Under the pieces are notes generated by a model that saw only the letters and a list, made by a program, of their open reading frames with translations, searched no databases and was not told the origin of the DNA. A DNA stretch of 64,000 nt. Source: an uncultured Micavibrio sp. Lineage in GTDB: Bacteria > Pseudomonadota > Alphaproteobacteria > Micavibrionales > UBA2020. A program made the position numbers and the translations under genes. The stretch is taken from assembly GCA_964534445.1 (NCBI GenBank), contig CAZHOE010000001.1, positions 550,493 to 614,492 on the forward strand, in the 5' to 3' direction. Every line of letters starts with the position of its first letter. The stretch's first letter is position 1. Below, one piece after another: positions 8,760-18,043 of the stretch.

Positions 8760-9554
8760 TCAGTTTAAAGCAGATGATTTGAAGTTTTTGAACTCGGCAG
8801 ACTGATTTGCTGTCAGTCTAAAGTCCAAACTTCCATCCTTGTTGCGCACCATGCGCATATCATCATAATCCAGTGCGGCCTTGTGTCCGCCCATGCCCAA
8901 TGTCTTGTTGAAACCGACAATGATCTGGGTGACATCCCCATAACGGAAGTAGATGTTTTCAATGCTGGCTGTATTGTCGCCCTTGCTGTCGATAACATCG
9001 CCTTCGAGCAGGACATTCGCGCTCACGCTGCCCGCAGGAATGATTTTGGCACTTGCCCAGTCTTTCGGGTCATAGGAAAAATCAGCCGCGCGGTCGATCA
9101 TATCCGATGACAAAGCCATGACCACAGTACCGTCATATCTTTGGTTCACGACTTTGTTGTAATCAAAGGCGGCAACTTTATCGCCGATACCCAATACACC
9201 ATCATCCGACACAACGACCAGCGCCGCCTTGCCGTTCTTGCCGATGATAATATCCTTGATCGTCGCAACTTTGTCGCCATCATTGTTGACAATCTTTTTA
9301 CCGATGAGATAGCGCGCCGTCATATCGCCGCGAATCCATACGGGAGACATTTTGGCGTTTTCTTCGGGGCCGACGAAGAAAGCTTTGATATTCTCGGCTG
9401 TTTCATACATGGCTTTATCGGTCGCGCGCAATCCGCGTTTTACATCCTGACCGATTGTCGTGTTGTCATCTTTGGCATTGACGTTACCGGCATAAGCGGG
9501 CAATGCGATCATCAGCGCCATAGCCGAGGCTGCCGTTATGGATTTATATTTCAT
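8760..9554 (-). CDS. Secreted protein with two PRC-barrel-like domains
   Basis: I chose the start at ATG 9554. AGGAG lies upstream, and it gives the signal peptide MKYKSITAASAMALMIALPAYA. There are two repeats of the PRC-barrel pattern (GDKVATIKDIIIGKNGKAALVVV...GIGDKVAAFDY and GDNTASIENIYFRYGDVTQIIVGF...GMGGHKAALDY). Confidence 0.6.
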   Translation of the reverse strand: MKYKSITAASAMALMIALPAYAGNVNAKDDNTTIGQDVKRGLRATDKAMYETAENIKAFFVGPEENAKMSPVWIRGDMTARYLIGKKIVNNDGDKVATIKDIIIGKNGKAALVVVSDDGVLGIGDKVAAFDYNKVVNQRYDGTVVMALSSDMIDRAADFSYDPKDWASAKIIPAGSVSANVLLEGDVIDSKGDNTASIENIYFRYGDVTQIIVGFNKTLGMGGHKAALDYDDMRMVRNKDGSLDFRLTANQSAEFKNFKSSALN

Positions 9555-9819
9555 TGAGGTCTCTCCTTGGTTAAAAACAGCCCGCAGGCTTACTTCAGAG
9601 AGCATGATGGGTATACCGTAAGAATGCGATACCGAACAAAAGGTGCATTGTAAGCAAACCGTAAGGATGATGCGGCCTTTTTTGCTTTACTTACATTGAT
9701 TTTACACCTGAAGACGTATCACGCATCGCATCCTTACTCGGATATTTATATTCTTCCATAACCCCCTTGCGTGTTCTTGACAAACCGCACTTAACCCCTC
9801 TTGCAAAGAAAGAAATACC

Positions 9820-10143
9820 ATGTCCATACAAGATGAAATCCGAACTGCCGACCACAAAGCCGGAAAAGACCATGCTACTTTTGACAATGGTTTGGCTGCG
9901 GAAGTCAATCGCCTGAAAAGCGATGCAAAAGACTTCTCACGCAACAGCAAAGCCGTTATCAATGATGGCGCGCATGTCACCGCTGATTACCTGCAAGATC
10001 TCGGTAACAGCCTGAAAAAGACAGGCCGCCTGGCTCTGGAAAAAACCGAAGCACATATTCAGGATAAACCCGGGCAAAGCATTGCTATTGCCTTTGCTGC
10101 CGGTATGCTTGCCAGCCTTCTTTTCGGGCGCAGAGGCGCTTGA
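9820..10143 (+). CDS. DUF883 / ElaB-YqjD family tail-anchored stress protein
   Basis: 107 aa with a hydrophilic helical body. The C-terminal anchor KPGQSIAIAFAAGMLASLLFGRR is typical of ElaB/YqjD. Confidence 0.7.
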   Translation: MSIQDEIRTADHKAGKDHATFDNGLAAEVNRLKSDAKDFSRNSKAVINDGAHVTADYLQDLGNSLKKTGRLALEKTEAHIQDKPGQSIAIAFAAGMLASLLFGRRGA

Positions 10144-10583
10144 ATATGGCCGGCATCCCCAGCACAGTTGAAAGCCTTCTTGCCGTTGCGTTGATTGGTA
10201 AAGGCCTGTTGCTATCGCGACGCAAAAGCAGGATGGACGAGGCGCTGGCCTTGCTTGCCATCCTGCTTTGCGGTGCCGGTGTTTTTCTATCTATTTTGGG
10301 GCTCACACGATTTCTTGAAACCCTTTACAGACCGGATATGGCCGCCGTGCTGGCCGCCGTATGTGTTTTTGCCTTTGCCGCGCTTGCGACATTGATAAAG
10401 CGCATAAAGGATACCCACGGACAACACACACTCAAACATGCGGGCAGCGATATTGAAAAAAGCCTTCGCGGGGTCGTTGAAACGATTCAGGAAGAAGTAA
10501 ACGAACCGATCCGCGATAATCCCAAAATGGCGATACTGATCGCCGCTATTGCAGGTTTTGCCGCCACGTATGGAAGACGCTGA
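10140..10583 (+). CDS. Membrane protein, possibly the YqjE-like partner of the DUF883 gene; ends in a second DUF883-like anchor
   Basis: Its start overlaps the upstream stop (10140-10143). It has two central TM helices and the C-terminus NPKMAILIAAIAGFAATYGRR. The family assignment is tentative. Confidence 0.4.
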   Translation: MNMAGIPSTVESLLAVALIGKGLLLSRRKSRMDEALALLAILLCGAGVFLSILGLTRFLETLYRPDMAAVLAAVCVFAFAALATLIKRIKDTHGQHTLKHAGSDIEKSLRGVVETIQEEVNEPIRDNPKMAILIAAIAGFAATYGRR

Positions 10584-10627
10584 TCAAAGAACGATGAACC
10601 GATAACAACCAACGAAAGAAGAAACAG

Positions 10628-10873
10628 ATGAAAAACACATTTTTAACTTCCGGAAACCTATTACCTGTCGCCGCCTGTCTGCTGATGTTGTCCGGCTGCT
10701 CCGGCATGAGCCAGACGCAGCAGCGCACCCTGTCTGGAGCAGGCATTGGCGCAGGTGTTGGCGTGGTCGGCACAGCTGTCACCGGCGGCTGCATCAGCTG
10801 CGGCGCGGCAATCGGCGCGGGTGTAGGTGCCGGTGCAGGTTACCTTTACGATAAATCACAAAAAGATAATTGA
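10628..10873 (+). CDS. Glycine-zipper lipoprotein (OsmB / YMGG-like)
   Basis: Lipobox LLMLSGC, followed by GAGIGAGVGVVGTAVTGG...GAAIGAGVGAGAGYLY. Confidence 0.7.
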   Translation: MKNTFLTSGNLLPVAACLLMLSGCSGMSQTQQRTLSGAGIGAGVGVVGTAVTGGCISCGAAIGAGVGAGAGYLYDKSQKDN

Positions 10874-10917
10874 CATAGGGTCGGCTGAATAAAGCCCGCT
10901 CAATTATTTTGTCTTTC

Positions 10918-10948
10918 ATAAAGGCGCCGTATCTCACGGCGCCTTTAT
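10918..10948 (+). terminator. Terminator-like hairpin after the lipoprotein gene
   Basis: Perfect 12-bp arms ATAAAGGCGCCG / CGGCGCCTTTAT with a 7-nt loop. The only T tract is the one inside the stem end. Confidence 0.5.
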
Positions 10949-11069
10949 ACTTATGACCACCAAGGACTCTTGTATTGGCCTGCATAAAAAATTATGATCA
11001 ACGCTGAAAAGATAATCTTACCAACGGCCACTTTCCCGCCAGACACCGCCACACAACGAGGATATTGGG

Positions 11070-13277
11070 ATGATACCGTTTATCGACGACCTTCTCGGAC
11101 GCATGACCTTGGCCGAAAAAATCGGTCAGCTGAATCTGGTCACGCCCGGCGGCTTTACCAATACAGGGCCGGTAGTCACGGAAGATGTGGAACAAAAAAT
11201 CTGTGACGGGCGTGTGGGCGGCATGTTTGGTATATATGGCGCCGCGTCTTTGCGCCCGTTGCAACAGATGGCTATCGAAAAAACGCGTCTGGGCATTCCG
11301 CTGCTGTTCGGGCTGGATGTCATTCACGGTCATAAAACCATTTTTCCCCTACCTCTTGCGCTGGCCTGCACATGGGATATGGCGCTTATCGAGAAAACGG
11401 CGCGCATCGCGGCCATAGAAGCGGCGGCCGACGGCCTCAACTGGGTTTTCTCGCCGATGGTGGATATCGCGCGCGATCCACGGTGGGGACGCATTGCCGA
11501 AGGCAGCGGCGAAGATCCGTTTCTGGGCGCTGCCATCGCCCGCGCCATGGTAGAGGGATATCAGGGAAAAGATCTTTCCCTGCCAGATACCGTCATGGCC
11601 TGCGTCAAACATTTCGCGCTCTATGGCGGCGCCGAAAGCGGCCGCGATTACAATACCGTCGATATGAGCCGGATCAGAATGTATGAAACCTACTTCCCGC
11701 CTTATAAAGCCGCCGTAGAGGCCGGTGTCGGCAGCGTGATGTGCGCCTTCAATGAAGTGGATGGCATCCCCGCAACCGGCAATAAATGGCTAATGACGGA
11801 GGTACTGCGCGATCAATGGGGTTTTGACGGCTTGGTCGTATCGGACTATACCGGCGTCAACGAAATGTCGGCGCACGGTCTTGGCGATTTATCGTCGGTC
11901 GCGGCGCTGGCCTTGCGTGCCGGCACCGATATGGACATGGTCGGCGAAGGTTATCTGACGACGCTGCAAAACTCGCTCGAAGACGGACGCATCACCGTGG
12001 CGGAGATTGACCGTGCCTGCCGCCGCGTGCTGGAAGCAAAACATAAGCTCGGCCTGTTTGACGATCCGTTCCGGTATATTGATGAAAAACGGACAGCGCA
12101 TATTCTGACCGCAGAGAGCCGCGCCTTTGCCCGCGATACTGCGGCGCAGTCTTGTGTTTTGCTGCAAAATAAGGGAGACATTCTGCCCCTGAAAACGGCG
12201 GGAACGATTGCCGTCGTCGGTCCCCTTGCGGCAGACCAGCGGAACATGCAAGGCACATGGAGCATCGCCGGTGACTGGCAACTCTGCACTTCCGTATTGG
12301 ACGGCATAAAGACTCTTGCCGGACAGGATGCCGAAATCCTGCATGCGCGCGGTGCCAATATAACGAACGATCCGGTTCTGGCACAGCGCCTGAACTTCGC
12401 GGGAGACAAGGTGGATATCGATCCCCGTCCGCAAGCCGATATGATTGCCGAAGCGCTAGTCTGTGCTGCCAAGGCCGATGTGATTGTCGCCGTGGTCGGG
12501 GAAGCGCAGGAAATGTCCGGTGAAGCCTCCTGCCGCGCGGATATCGGCATACCGCCGGATCAGCGCCCACTGCTGGAAGCACTGACGGCCACCGGCAAAC
12601 CGCTGGTGCTTGTTGTCGTCACCGGACGCCCACTGACGCTGACATGGGAGCAAGCGCATGCCGATGCCATCCTGCTGATGTGGTTCGGCGGCACCGAGGC
12701 CGGTCATGGCGTTGCGGATGTTCTTTTCGGGCGGCACAATCCCTCCGGCAGACTGGCGGTCACCTTCCCCCGTCATGTCGGTCAGGTTCCCCTCTACTAT
12801 GCGCACAAGAATACAGGGCGTCCTTATGGCGGCGACATGCTGGATAAATTCAAATCGCGCTATCTCGATATCCCGAACGATCCGCTGTGGCCTTTCGGCT
12901 TCGGCCTGAGTTATACCACCTTTGATTACGGCGCACTGCGACTTGACAAGACGGCTTTGCACGGCGCGGACGACAAACTGACGGCAACGGTAGCGGTCAC
13001 CAATACCGGAAAAATTTCCGGCACCGAAACCGTTCAGCTTTATATCACGGATCCTGTCGCCAGCGTTACGCACGCCGTGATTGATCTGCGCGGTTTTCAA
13101 AAAATACATCTGGCGCCCGGCGAGACCGCCGATGTCAGTTTTTCGATCACCACGGAAGCACTGCGTTTTTTCAATACCGATCTGCAATATGTCTGGGAGC
13201 CGGGAGAATTCATTATCCATGCAGGCCCCCATGTGGCGGCGCTGAAATCTGCTGCAGTGCAATGGACGTGCGACTAG
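11070..13277 (+). CDS. bglX: Glycoside hydrolase family 3 beta-glucosidase (BglX-like), no signal peptide
   Basis: 735 aa: MTLAEKIGQLNLV..., GLDVIHGH, DPRWGRIAEGSGEDP, GLVVSDY (the nucleophile region). A C-terminal FnIII-like domain reads KISGTETVQLYI. Confidence 0.85.
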   Translation: MIPFIDDLLGRMTLAEKIGQLNLVTPGGFTNTGPVVTEDVEQKICDGRVGGMFGIYGAASLRPLQQMAIEKTRLGIPLLFGLDVIHGHKTIFPLPLALACTWDMALIEKTARIAAIEAAADGLNWVFSPMVDIARDPRWGRIAEGSGEDPFLGAAIARAMVEGYQGKDLSLPDTVMACVKHFALYGGAESGRDYNTVDMSRIRMYETYFPPYKAAVEAGVGSVMCAFNEVDGIPATGNKWLMTEVLRDQWGFDGLVVSDYTGVNEMSAHGLGDLSSVAALALRAGTDMDMVGEGYLTTLQNSLEDGRITVAEIDRACRRVLEAKHKLGLFDDPFRYIDEKRTAHILTAESRAFARDTAAQSCVLLQNKGDILPLKTAGTIAVVGPLAADQRNMQGTWSIAGDWQLCTSVLDGIKTLAGQDAEILHARGANITNDPVLAQRLNFAGDKVDIDPRPQADMIAEALVCAAKADVIVAVVGEAQEMSGEASCRADIGIPPDQRPLLEALTATGKPLVLVVVTGRPLTLTWEQAHADAILLMWFGGTEAGHGVADVLFGRHNPSGRLAVTFPRHVGQVPLYYAHKNTGRPYGGDMLDKFKSRYLDIPNDPLWPFGFGLSYTTFDYGALRLDKTALHGADDKLTATVAVTNTGKISGTETVQLYITDPVASVTHAVIDLRGFQKIHLAPGETADVSFSITTEALRFFNTDLQYVWEPGEFIIHAGPHVAALKSAAVQWTCD

Positions 13278-13343
13278 CCTCCTGATTTATATTCAAAAAA
13301 TACCGGCCTTTGGCGCGCGGGTAAAATATGTTATACTGCGTGC

Positions 13344-14672
13344 ATGTCAAAAAAAGATTTTAACAAGGATGCGCCGAAAAATAGCGGCCTCCAAAAAGGG
13401 CTTTCCGACAACGCGCTACTGGATATCGTGCAGCAGCGGACGCTGACCTATTTCACTGACTTTGCCCATCCCGCCTGCGGCATGGCGCGTGAACGCAGCA
13501 ACGTCGTCGCTGGCTATGGTTATGATCTGGATTGTGTCACCACAGGCGGCACAGGGTTTGGCATCATGGCGATGATCGCTGGCACCGAGCGCGGATGGAT
13601 CGCCAAAGAAGACACACTGGCGCAAATCTCCAAGATTGTGGATTTTCTTGAAACCGCTGAAAAGCATCACGGGGCATTTTCGCATTTCCTCGACGGCAAT
13701 ACCGGAAAAACAATTCCCTTTTCCCCCAAGGACGACGGCGGTGATCTGGTCGAAACCTCTTTCCTGATGATGGGGCTTTTGTGCGCACGGCAATATTTTT
13801 CCGGCCAACCGGAAGCGGCCGGTCTTTGCACCAAAATCAACGCGCTGTGGGAAGGCGTCGAGTGGGACTGGTACACGCAGAATGATTCCGGCAAGCTCTA
13901 CTGGCACTGGAGCCCGCAGCACGGCTTTGATATGAACCTGCCGATCGAAGGCTGGAACGAATGTCTGGTCACCCATGTACTGGCACAGGCATCCCCCACC
14001 CATCCCGTCGCCGAGGACGTTTATAAAAAGTCATGGACTCAGGGCAAAGATTTCAAGAACGGCCAATCCTATGATGGTATCACCCTGCCCCTCGGCCCTG
14101 CGCAGGGCGGCCCGCTGTTTTTATCCCATTATTCCTTTATGGGGCTTGATCCCCAAAAAATGGCCGACGACCATACGGATTATTTTACACAGAACCGCAA
14201 CCATGCCCTGATCAACCGTGCCCATTGCATCAAAAATCCGCATGGGTACAAAGGCTATGGCGAAAAATGCTGGGGACTGACGGCCAGCGATGACCACAAC
14301 GGCTATGCCGCCCATGCACCTGATCATGATACCGGCGTCATTTCGCCAACGGCGGCTTTATCCTCCATGCCCTATACGCCTAAAGAGTCGATGCAGGCGC
14401 TGCGTCATTTCTATGAAGACAAAGGTGATAAAATTTTTGGAAAATACGGTTTTATTGATGCTTTCAATGAAACCCAAAACTGGTATGCCGACAGCCATCT
14501 GGCCATTGATCAGGCGCCGATTGTGGTGATGATTGAAAACCACCGCTCCGGCTTGCTGTGGGATTTGTTTATGAGCTGCCCCGAAATTGCCCCTGCGCTC
14601 GACAAACTTGGTTTCAAAAAAGCGCCGCCCGCCACGACGGTTAAACCGCCCGCCCCGCCTCGCAGGCCCTAG
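13344..14672 (+). CDS. Glucoamylase-like family protein, probably a GH144-type endo-beta-1,2-glucanase; no signal peptide
   Basis: The motifs are TYFTDFAHPACGMARER...VTTGGTGFGIMAMIAGTERGWI...HHGAFSHFLDGNTGKTIPFSPKDDGGDLVETSFLMMGLLCARQYF. They match my recollection of the DUF3131 / GH144 family. It sits next to a GH3 gene, as in the described beta-1,2-glucan loci. Confidence 0.55.
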   Translation: MSKKDFNKDAPKNSGLQKGLSDNALLDIVQQRTLTYFTDFAHPACGMARERSNVVAGYGYDLDCVTTGGTGFGIMAMIAGTERGWIAKEDTLAQISKIVDFLETAEKHHGAFSHFLDGNTGKTIPFSPKDDGGDLVETSFLMMGLLCARQYFSGQPEAAGLCTKINALWEGVEWDWYTQNDSGKLYWHWSPQHGFDMNLPIEGWNECLVTHVLAQASPTHPVAEDVYKKSWTQGKDFKNGQSYDGITLPLGPAQGGPLFLSHYSFMGLDPQKMADDHTDYFTQNRNHALINRAHCIKNPHGYKGYGEKCWGLTASDDHNGYAAHAPDHDTGVISPTAALSSMPYTPKESMQALRHFYEDKGDKIFGKYGFIDAFNETQNWYADSHLAIDQAPIVVMIENHRSGLLWDLFMSCPEIAPALDKLGFKKAPPATTVKPPAPPRRP

Positions 14673-14903
14673 AAATCCTCTGGAAATACCCTATATAAAT
14701 TTTCCGCGTTTTTCCTATTCAGCCGAGAACCCGTAAAAGCCGGTTCCCGTTGGAGAAAGGCATTCAGTTTTCTGCAAAAAGATAATAGTATCTGCCTTGC
14801 AAACAGAGGGTATGGCGACACCTTTCCTGTTCGGCCTTATAAGTGGAAGAGCCAGAAAGACAACCAAAGAAGCTGTTTAAACGTGCGGTAGAACGAGGGA
14901 AAA

Positions 14904-16601
14904 GTGTTTAACTTAGACTTTTTGCATGCATCGCCTTTTTATGAATTAACCGCACTTCTCGCGCTGGCGGCAGCTATCGGCTTTATTGGTCTGCTGTTAA
15001 AGCAGCCGATGATCGTCAGTTTTATCGCCGTCGGTGTGCTGGCGAGCCCTTCGGCACTCGGGATTGTTAAATCTCATGAGAATATCGAGATTCTGGCGGA
15101 ACTGGGTATCGCGGTTCTGCTTTTCCTGGTCGGATTAAAACTGGATCTGAAACTGGTCAGGACGCTGGGACCCGTATCCCTTGCCACAGGCTTGGGACAG
15201 GTGTTTTTTACCGCGTTTTTCGGTTTCTTTATCGGATGGGGGCTGGGGCTAGATGTTGTAACATCGCTCTATGTTGCCGTTGCGCTCACCTTTTCAAGTA
15301 CCATTATCATCGTCAAACTTCTTTCAGATAAGAAGGAAGTGGATTCCCTGCATGGGCGGATCGCCATCGGCTTCTTAATCGTTCAAGATCTGTTCGTTGT
15401 TTTTGCGATGATGGTGCTCTCTGCCTTTGGTATTGGCGCGCAAGGCGGAGAAGATGCACATGCGCTCATCCAGGTTGCAAGTGTTGTTCTGTACGCGTTT
15501 ATCATGCTTGGCTTTGTCATGGTCTTTATCCGTTATCTGGCCACGCCGCTGGTGAGCAAAATAGCCCATTCGTCGGAACTGTTGATCGTCTTTGCGATCG
15601 GCTGGGCTGCCTTGCTTGCCGCGATAGGAGATTATTTCGGGCTGAGCAAAGAGCTTGGCGGCCTGCTGGCCGGTATCTCTTTGGCGTCAACACCGTTCAG
15701 AGAGGCTATTATTGCCCGGCTATCCTCTCTGCGAGATTTTCTACTTTTATTTTTCTTTATCGCGCTGGGCGCACAGCTGGATCTGAGCCTCCTCGGCGAT
15801 CAGGTCTATCCCGCGCTGGTGTTCTCGATTTTCGTGTTAATCGGGAACCCCATCATCGTTCTGGCCATCATGGGATATATGGGATATCGCAAACGCACCG
15901 GTTTTTTGGCGGGGCTGACCGTTGCCCAAATTAGCGAATTTTCCCTGATTTTCATGACCATGGGCGTTACGTTGAAGCATGTAAATGCGGAAGCCCTCGG
16001 CCTTGTTACCCTCGTCGGGCTGATCACGATTGCGCTTTCCGTCTACATGATTACCTATTCCCATACACTATACAAATGGCTTGAGCCTGTTTTAGGTATT
16101 TTTGAACGCAAGGTGGCAGCACGTGAAGAGGCAGAAGATAATCAGAGCGTCGAGAAGAAAAGCTACGATGTTATCTTATTCGGGCTGGGTCGTTATGGTT
16201 CCGCGATTGCGGAGCATTTAAAAGAAGATAACGTCAAACTGCTTGCGATAGACTTCAACCCCGACGAAGTGCGCAACTGGAAAGCAATGGGATATGACGC
16301 CGTTTATGGCGATGCCTGCGACCACGAATTTATCGGCACCCTGCCGTTAAAAAATACCAAGTGGGTTATTTCCGCTATGCCGCAACATGAAATGGGCGTC
16401 ACGCATCAAGACCCGCGCTTGATTTTAATGGATGGCCTGAAAAGAGAAAAATTCCAGGGCAAGATTGCCGTTTCCACCCAGCGTGCCGGCGAGAGAGAGG
16501 CCTTAAAGGAATACGGCGCAAATCTTGTATTCCTGCCCTTCCATGACGCCGCCGACCGCGCCGTCGCCCGCATGCGCGAAGCCAATTTATCAGAGGGCTG
16601 A
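14904..16601 (+). CDS. CPA2-family cation:proton antiporter (Kef-type) with C-terminal RCK/TrkA-N domain
   Basis: GTG start. About 12 TM helices, then a Rossmann-like segment DVILFGLGRYGSAIAEHL. Confidence 0.8.
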   Translation: MFNLDFLHASPFYELTALLALAAAIGFIGLLLKQPMIVSFIAVGVLASPSALGIVKSHENIEILAELGIAVLLFLVGLKLDLKLVRTLGPVSLATGLGQVFFTAFFGFFIGWGLGLDVVTSLYVAVALTFSSTIIIVKLLSDKKEVDSLHGRIAIGFLIVQDLFVVFAMMVLSAFGIGAQGGEDAHALIQVASVVLYAFIMLGFVMVFIRYLATPLVSKIAHSSELLIVFAIGWAALLAAIGDYFGLSKELGGLLAGISLASTPFREAIIARLSSLRDFLLLFFFIALGAQLDLSLLGDQVYPALVFSIFVLIGNPIIVLAIMGYMGYRKRTGFLAGLTVAQISEFSLIFMTMGVTLKHVNAEALGLVTLVGLITIALSVYMITYSHTLYKWLEPVLGIFERKVAAREEAEDNQSVEKKSYDVILFGLGRYGSAIAEHLKEDNVKLLAIDFNPDEVRNWKAMGYDAVYGDACDHEFIGTLPLKNTKWVISAMPQHEMGVTHQDPRLILMDGLKREKFQGKIAVSTQRAGEREALKEYGANLVFLPFHDAADRAVARMREANLSEG

Positions 16602-16683
16602 AAACGGGCTATCCCCTGCTTTCAAAATCGGCGATAGCGCGGTTGCCAGCGTATACCATTTAAATTAAACAGTTTTTTCCATA

Positions 16684-16712
16684 TTGACATATTATTGAGC
16701 TTGACATAAAGT
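16684..16712 (+). promoter_or_regulatory. Sigma70-like promoter for the 16772 gene
   Basis: TTGACA (16684-16689), a 17-nt spacer, then TAAAGT (16707-16712). A second TTGACATA copy lies at 16701. The spacer region is AT-rich. Confidence 0.4.
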
Positions 16713-16771
16713 TGCCGGATTGTGCTCTTAAAATGAGCAGTTTCATTCATTTATAAGTAAAGGCATGCGCC

Positions 16772-18010
16772 ATGGCTCTTCCGAACAAAGCCCTTGTTGA
16801 CCTGTTCTCCAACCTCACAACCGAGGAGGAAGTCTCCGCCGCGCTGAAAACGCCGGACGGTCAGGCATGGCTCACGAAGCCGCTCTCGAAAGACACGCCC
16901 GATAATGGACTGACTTACATGATCGACGGCTATTTCAAAGATAGCTGGAAGAACCGTCACAAGGGATTTACTGCGGTTGCGCTCAAGGTTCTTGAAGAGA
17001 CCGTTCCCGATGCAGATACGCGCGTCGCCATACTCACCGCCGCCAACGAGCGCGGGCAGACGCCGATCCACAGGGCGCTCGCCTATGGCGGGTCGCGCGA
17101 AGCTTACGATCCGGTACTCGACGCTCTCTACAAATGGGCAGGAGAGGAAAAGGCGGACGCGATCATGAAAGACATACTTTCCCAGCCGCTCGGAAAAATA
17201 GACAGCGATATTTCCTACGCCTTCCAGAACATCCGGGAGATGCGCCAGCGCGGCACACCGGAATACGAGCAGATCGACGCGCTCACGACCGATTCATACC
17301 ATCCCGTGACTGCGGCAGGCCTGCGCGCTGCGCTAAAGGATGTCCGTCCTGCAATCGCGGAATGGCTGGCACAAGAGAAACCGGACAGCGATTACACCAA
17401 GCAACGGAAGGCGAAAATGCAGGCCTTCTACGACAATCCCGATCCCGTCTCCGAAAAAGGCTCTCTGCTGACCGAGCATTTCCCCGGCAAAGCATTTTTC
17501 CGCCTGCTCGAAATATATCTAAAGGGCGAGGCCGCAACACCGCAGCAGAAAGCAGACGGCATTTTCGCCCTGCTGTCGAAAGAAAACGCCGAGGGCAACA
17601 CCCCCATGCATATCGAATGGACAGTGTCCGACCTGCTCGGCACGCCTCAAAGCGCCGCCCCTTTCACCGACAAACTGTCGCCGATGCTGGCTGCCTTTGA
17701 CCGCATACTCGGCACCCAGATCGCCATCGACCTTTCTGTCAAACTACTGTTGCAGGAAAATGCCAAGGGCCAGTTGCCGCTCGACATCATGCAGTACCCG
17801 AAACTCCCCGTGCGTGACTTTGCTCTTGATAAAATGATGCAGACACTGCGCGCAGAAATGGGCAGCAAGGAGAAATTCACGACATACGTGAAAGAAGTGA
17901 TTGCACCTGTCCTGCCGGCAGACTACAAAATCAACCTCGCCGCCTTTGAACCGGAGCAAGCTAAAGCCGCAGGATCCAAGCCCCAGCGGGGCGCGAAGGT
18001 GGAATTCTGA
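16772..18010 (+). CDS. Hypothetical protein (412 aa) with degenerate ankyrin-like repeats
   Basis: Three spaced motifs resemble the ankyrin core (xxxGxTPLH): ANERGQTPIHRALAYG, ENAEGNTPMHI and ENAKGQLPLDI. No signal peptide or TM segment. Confidence 0.5.
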   Translation: MALPNKALVDLFSNLTTEEEVSAALKTPDGQAWLTKPLSKDTPDNGLTYMIDGYFKDSWKNRHKGFTAVALKVLEETVPDADTRVAILTAANERGQTPIHRALAYGGSREAYDPVLDALYKWAGEEKADAIMKDILSQPLGKIDSDISYAFQNIREMRQRGTPEYEQIDALTTDSYHPVTAAGLRAALKDVRPAIAEWLAQEKPDSDYTKQRKAKMQAFYDNPDPVSEKGSLLTEHFPGKAFFRLLEIYLKGEAATPQQKADGIFALLSKENAEGNTPMHIEWTVSDLLGTPQSAAPFTDKLSPMLAAFDRILGTQIAIDLSVKLLLQENAKGQLPLDIMQYPKLPVRDFALDKMMQTLRAEMGSKEKFTTYVKEVIAPVLPADYKINLAAFEPEQAKAAGSKPQRGAKVEF

Positions 18011-18043
18011 CTGCCCTGCTCTGCAGGTAAGACAGGTTGCTCA

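Noticed and set aside
9661-9737. 9-bp inverted repeat GTAAGGATG (9661-9669) / CATCCTTAC (9729-9737) in the divergent spacer between the PRC-barrel and DUF883 genes.
   Set aside because: The 59-bp spacing is large. My rough chance expectation for such a repeat anywhere in a 265-bp spacer is about 0.1. That is suggestive but not strong enough to call an operator.
6380-10627. EcfG/PhyR-type general stress promoters (GGAAC-N16/17-CGTT) upstream of the stress-protein genes.
   Set aside because: I read the three relevant spacers on the appropriate strands and found no convincing match. There are only loose GAAC...CGAA fragments near 10590-10620. I therefore make no promoter call. A PWM scan would be needed to be sure.
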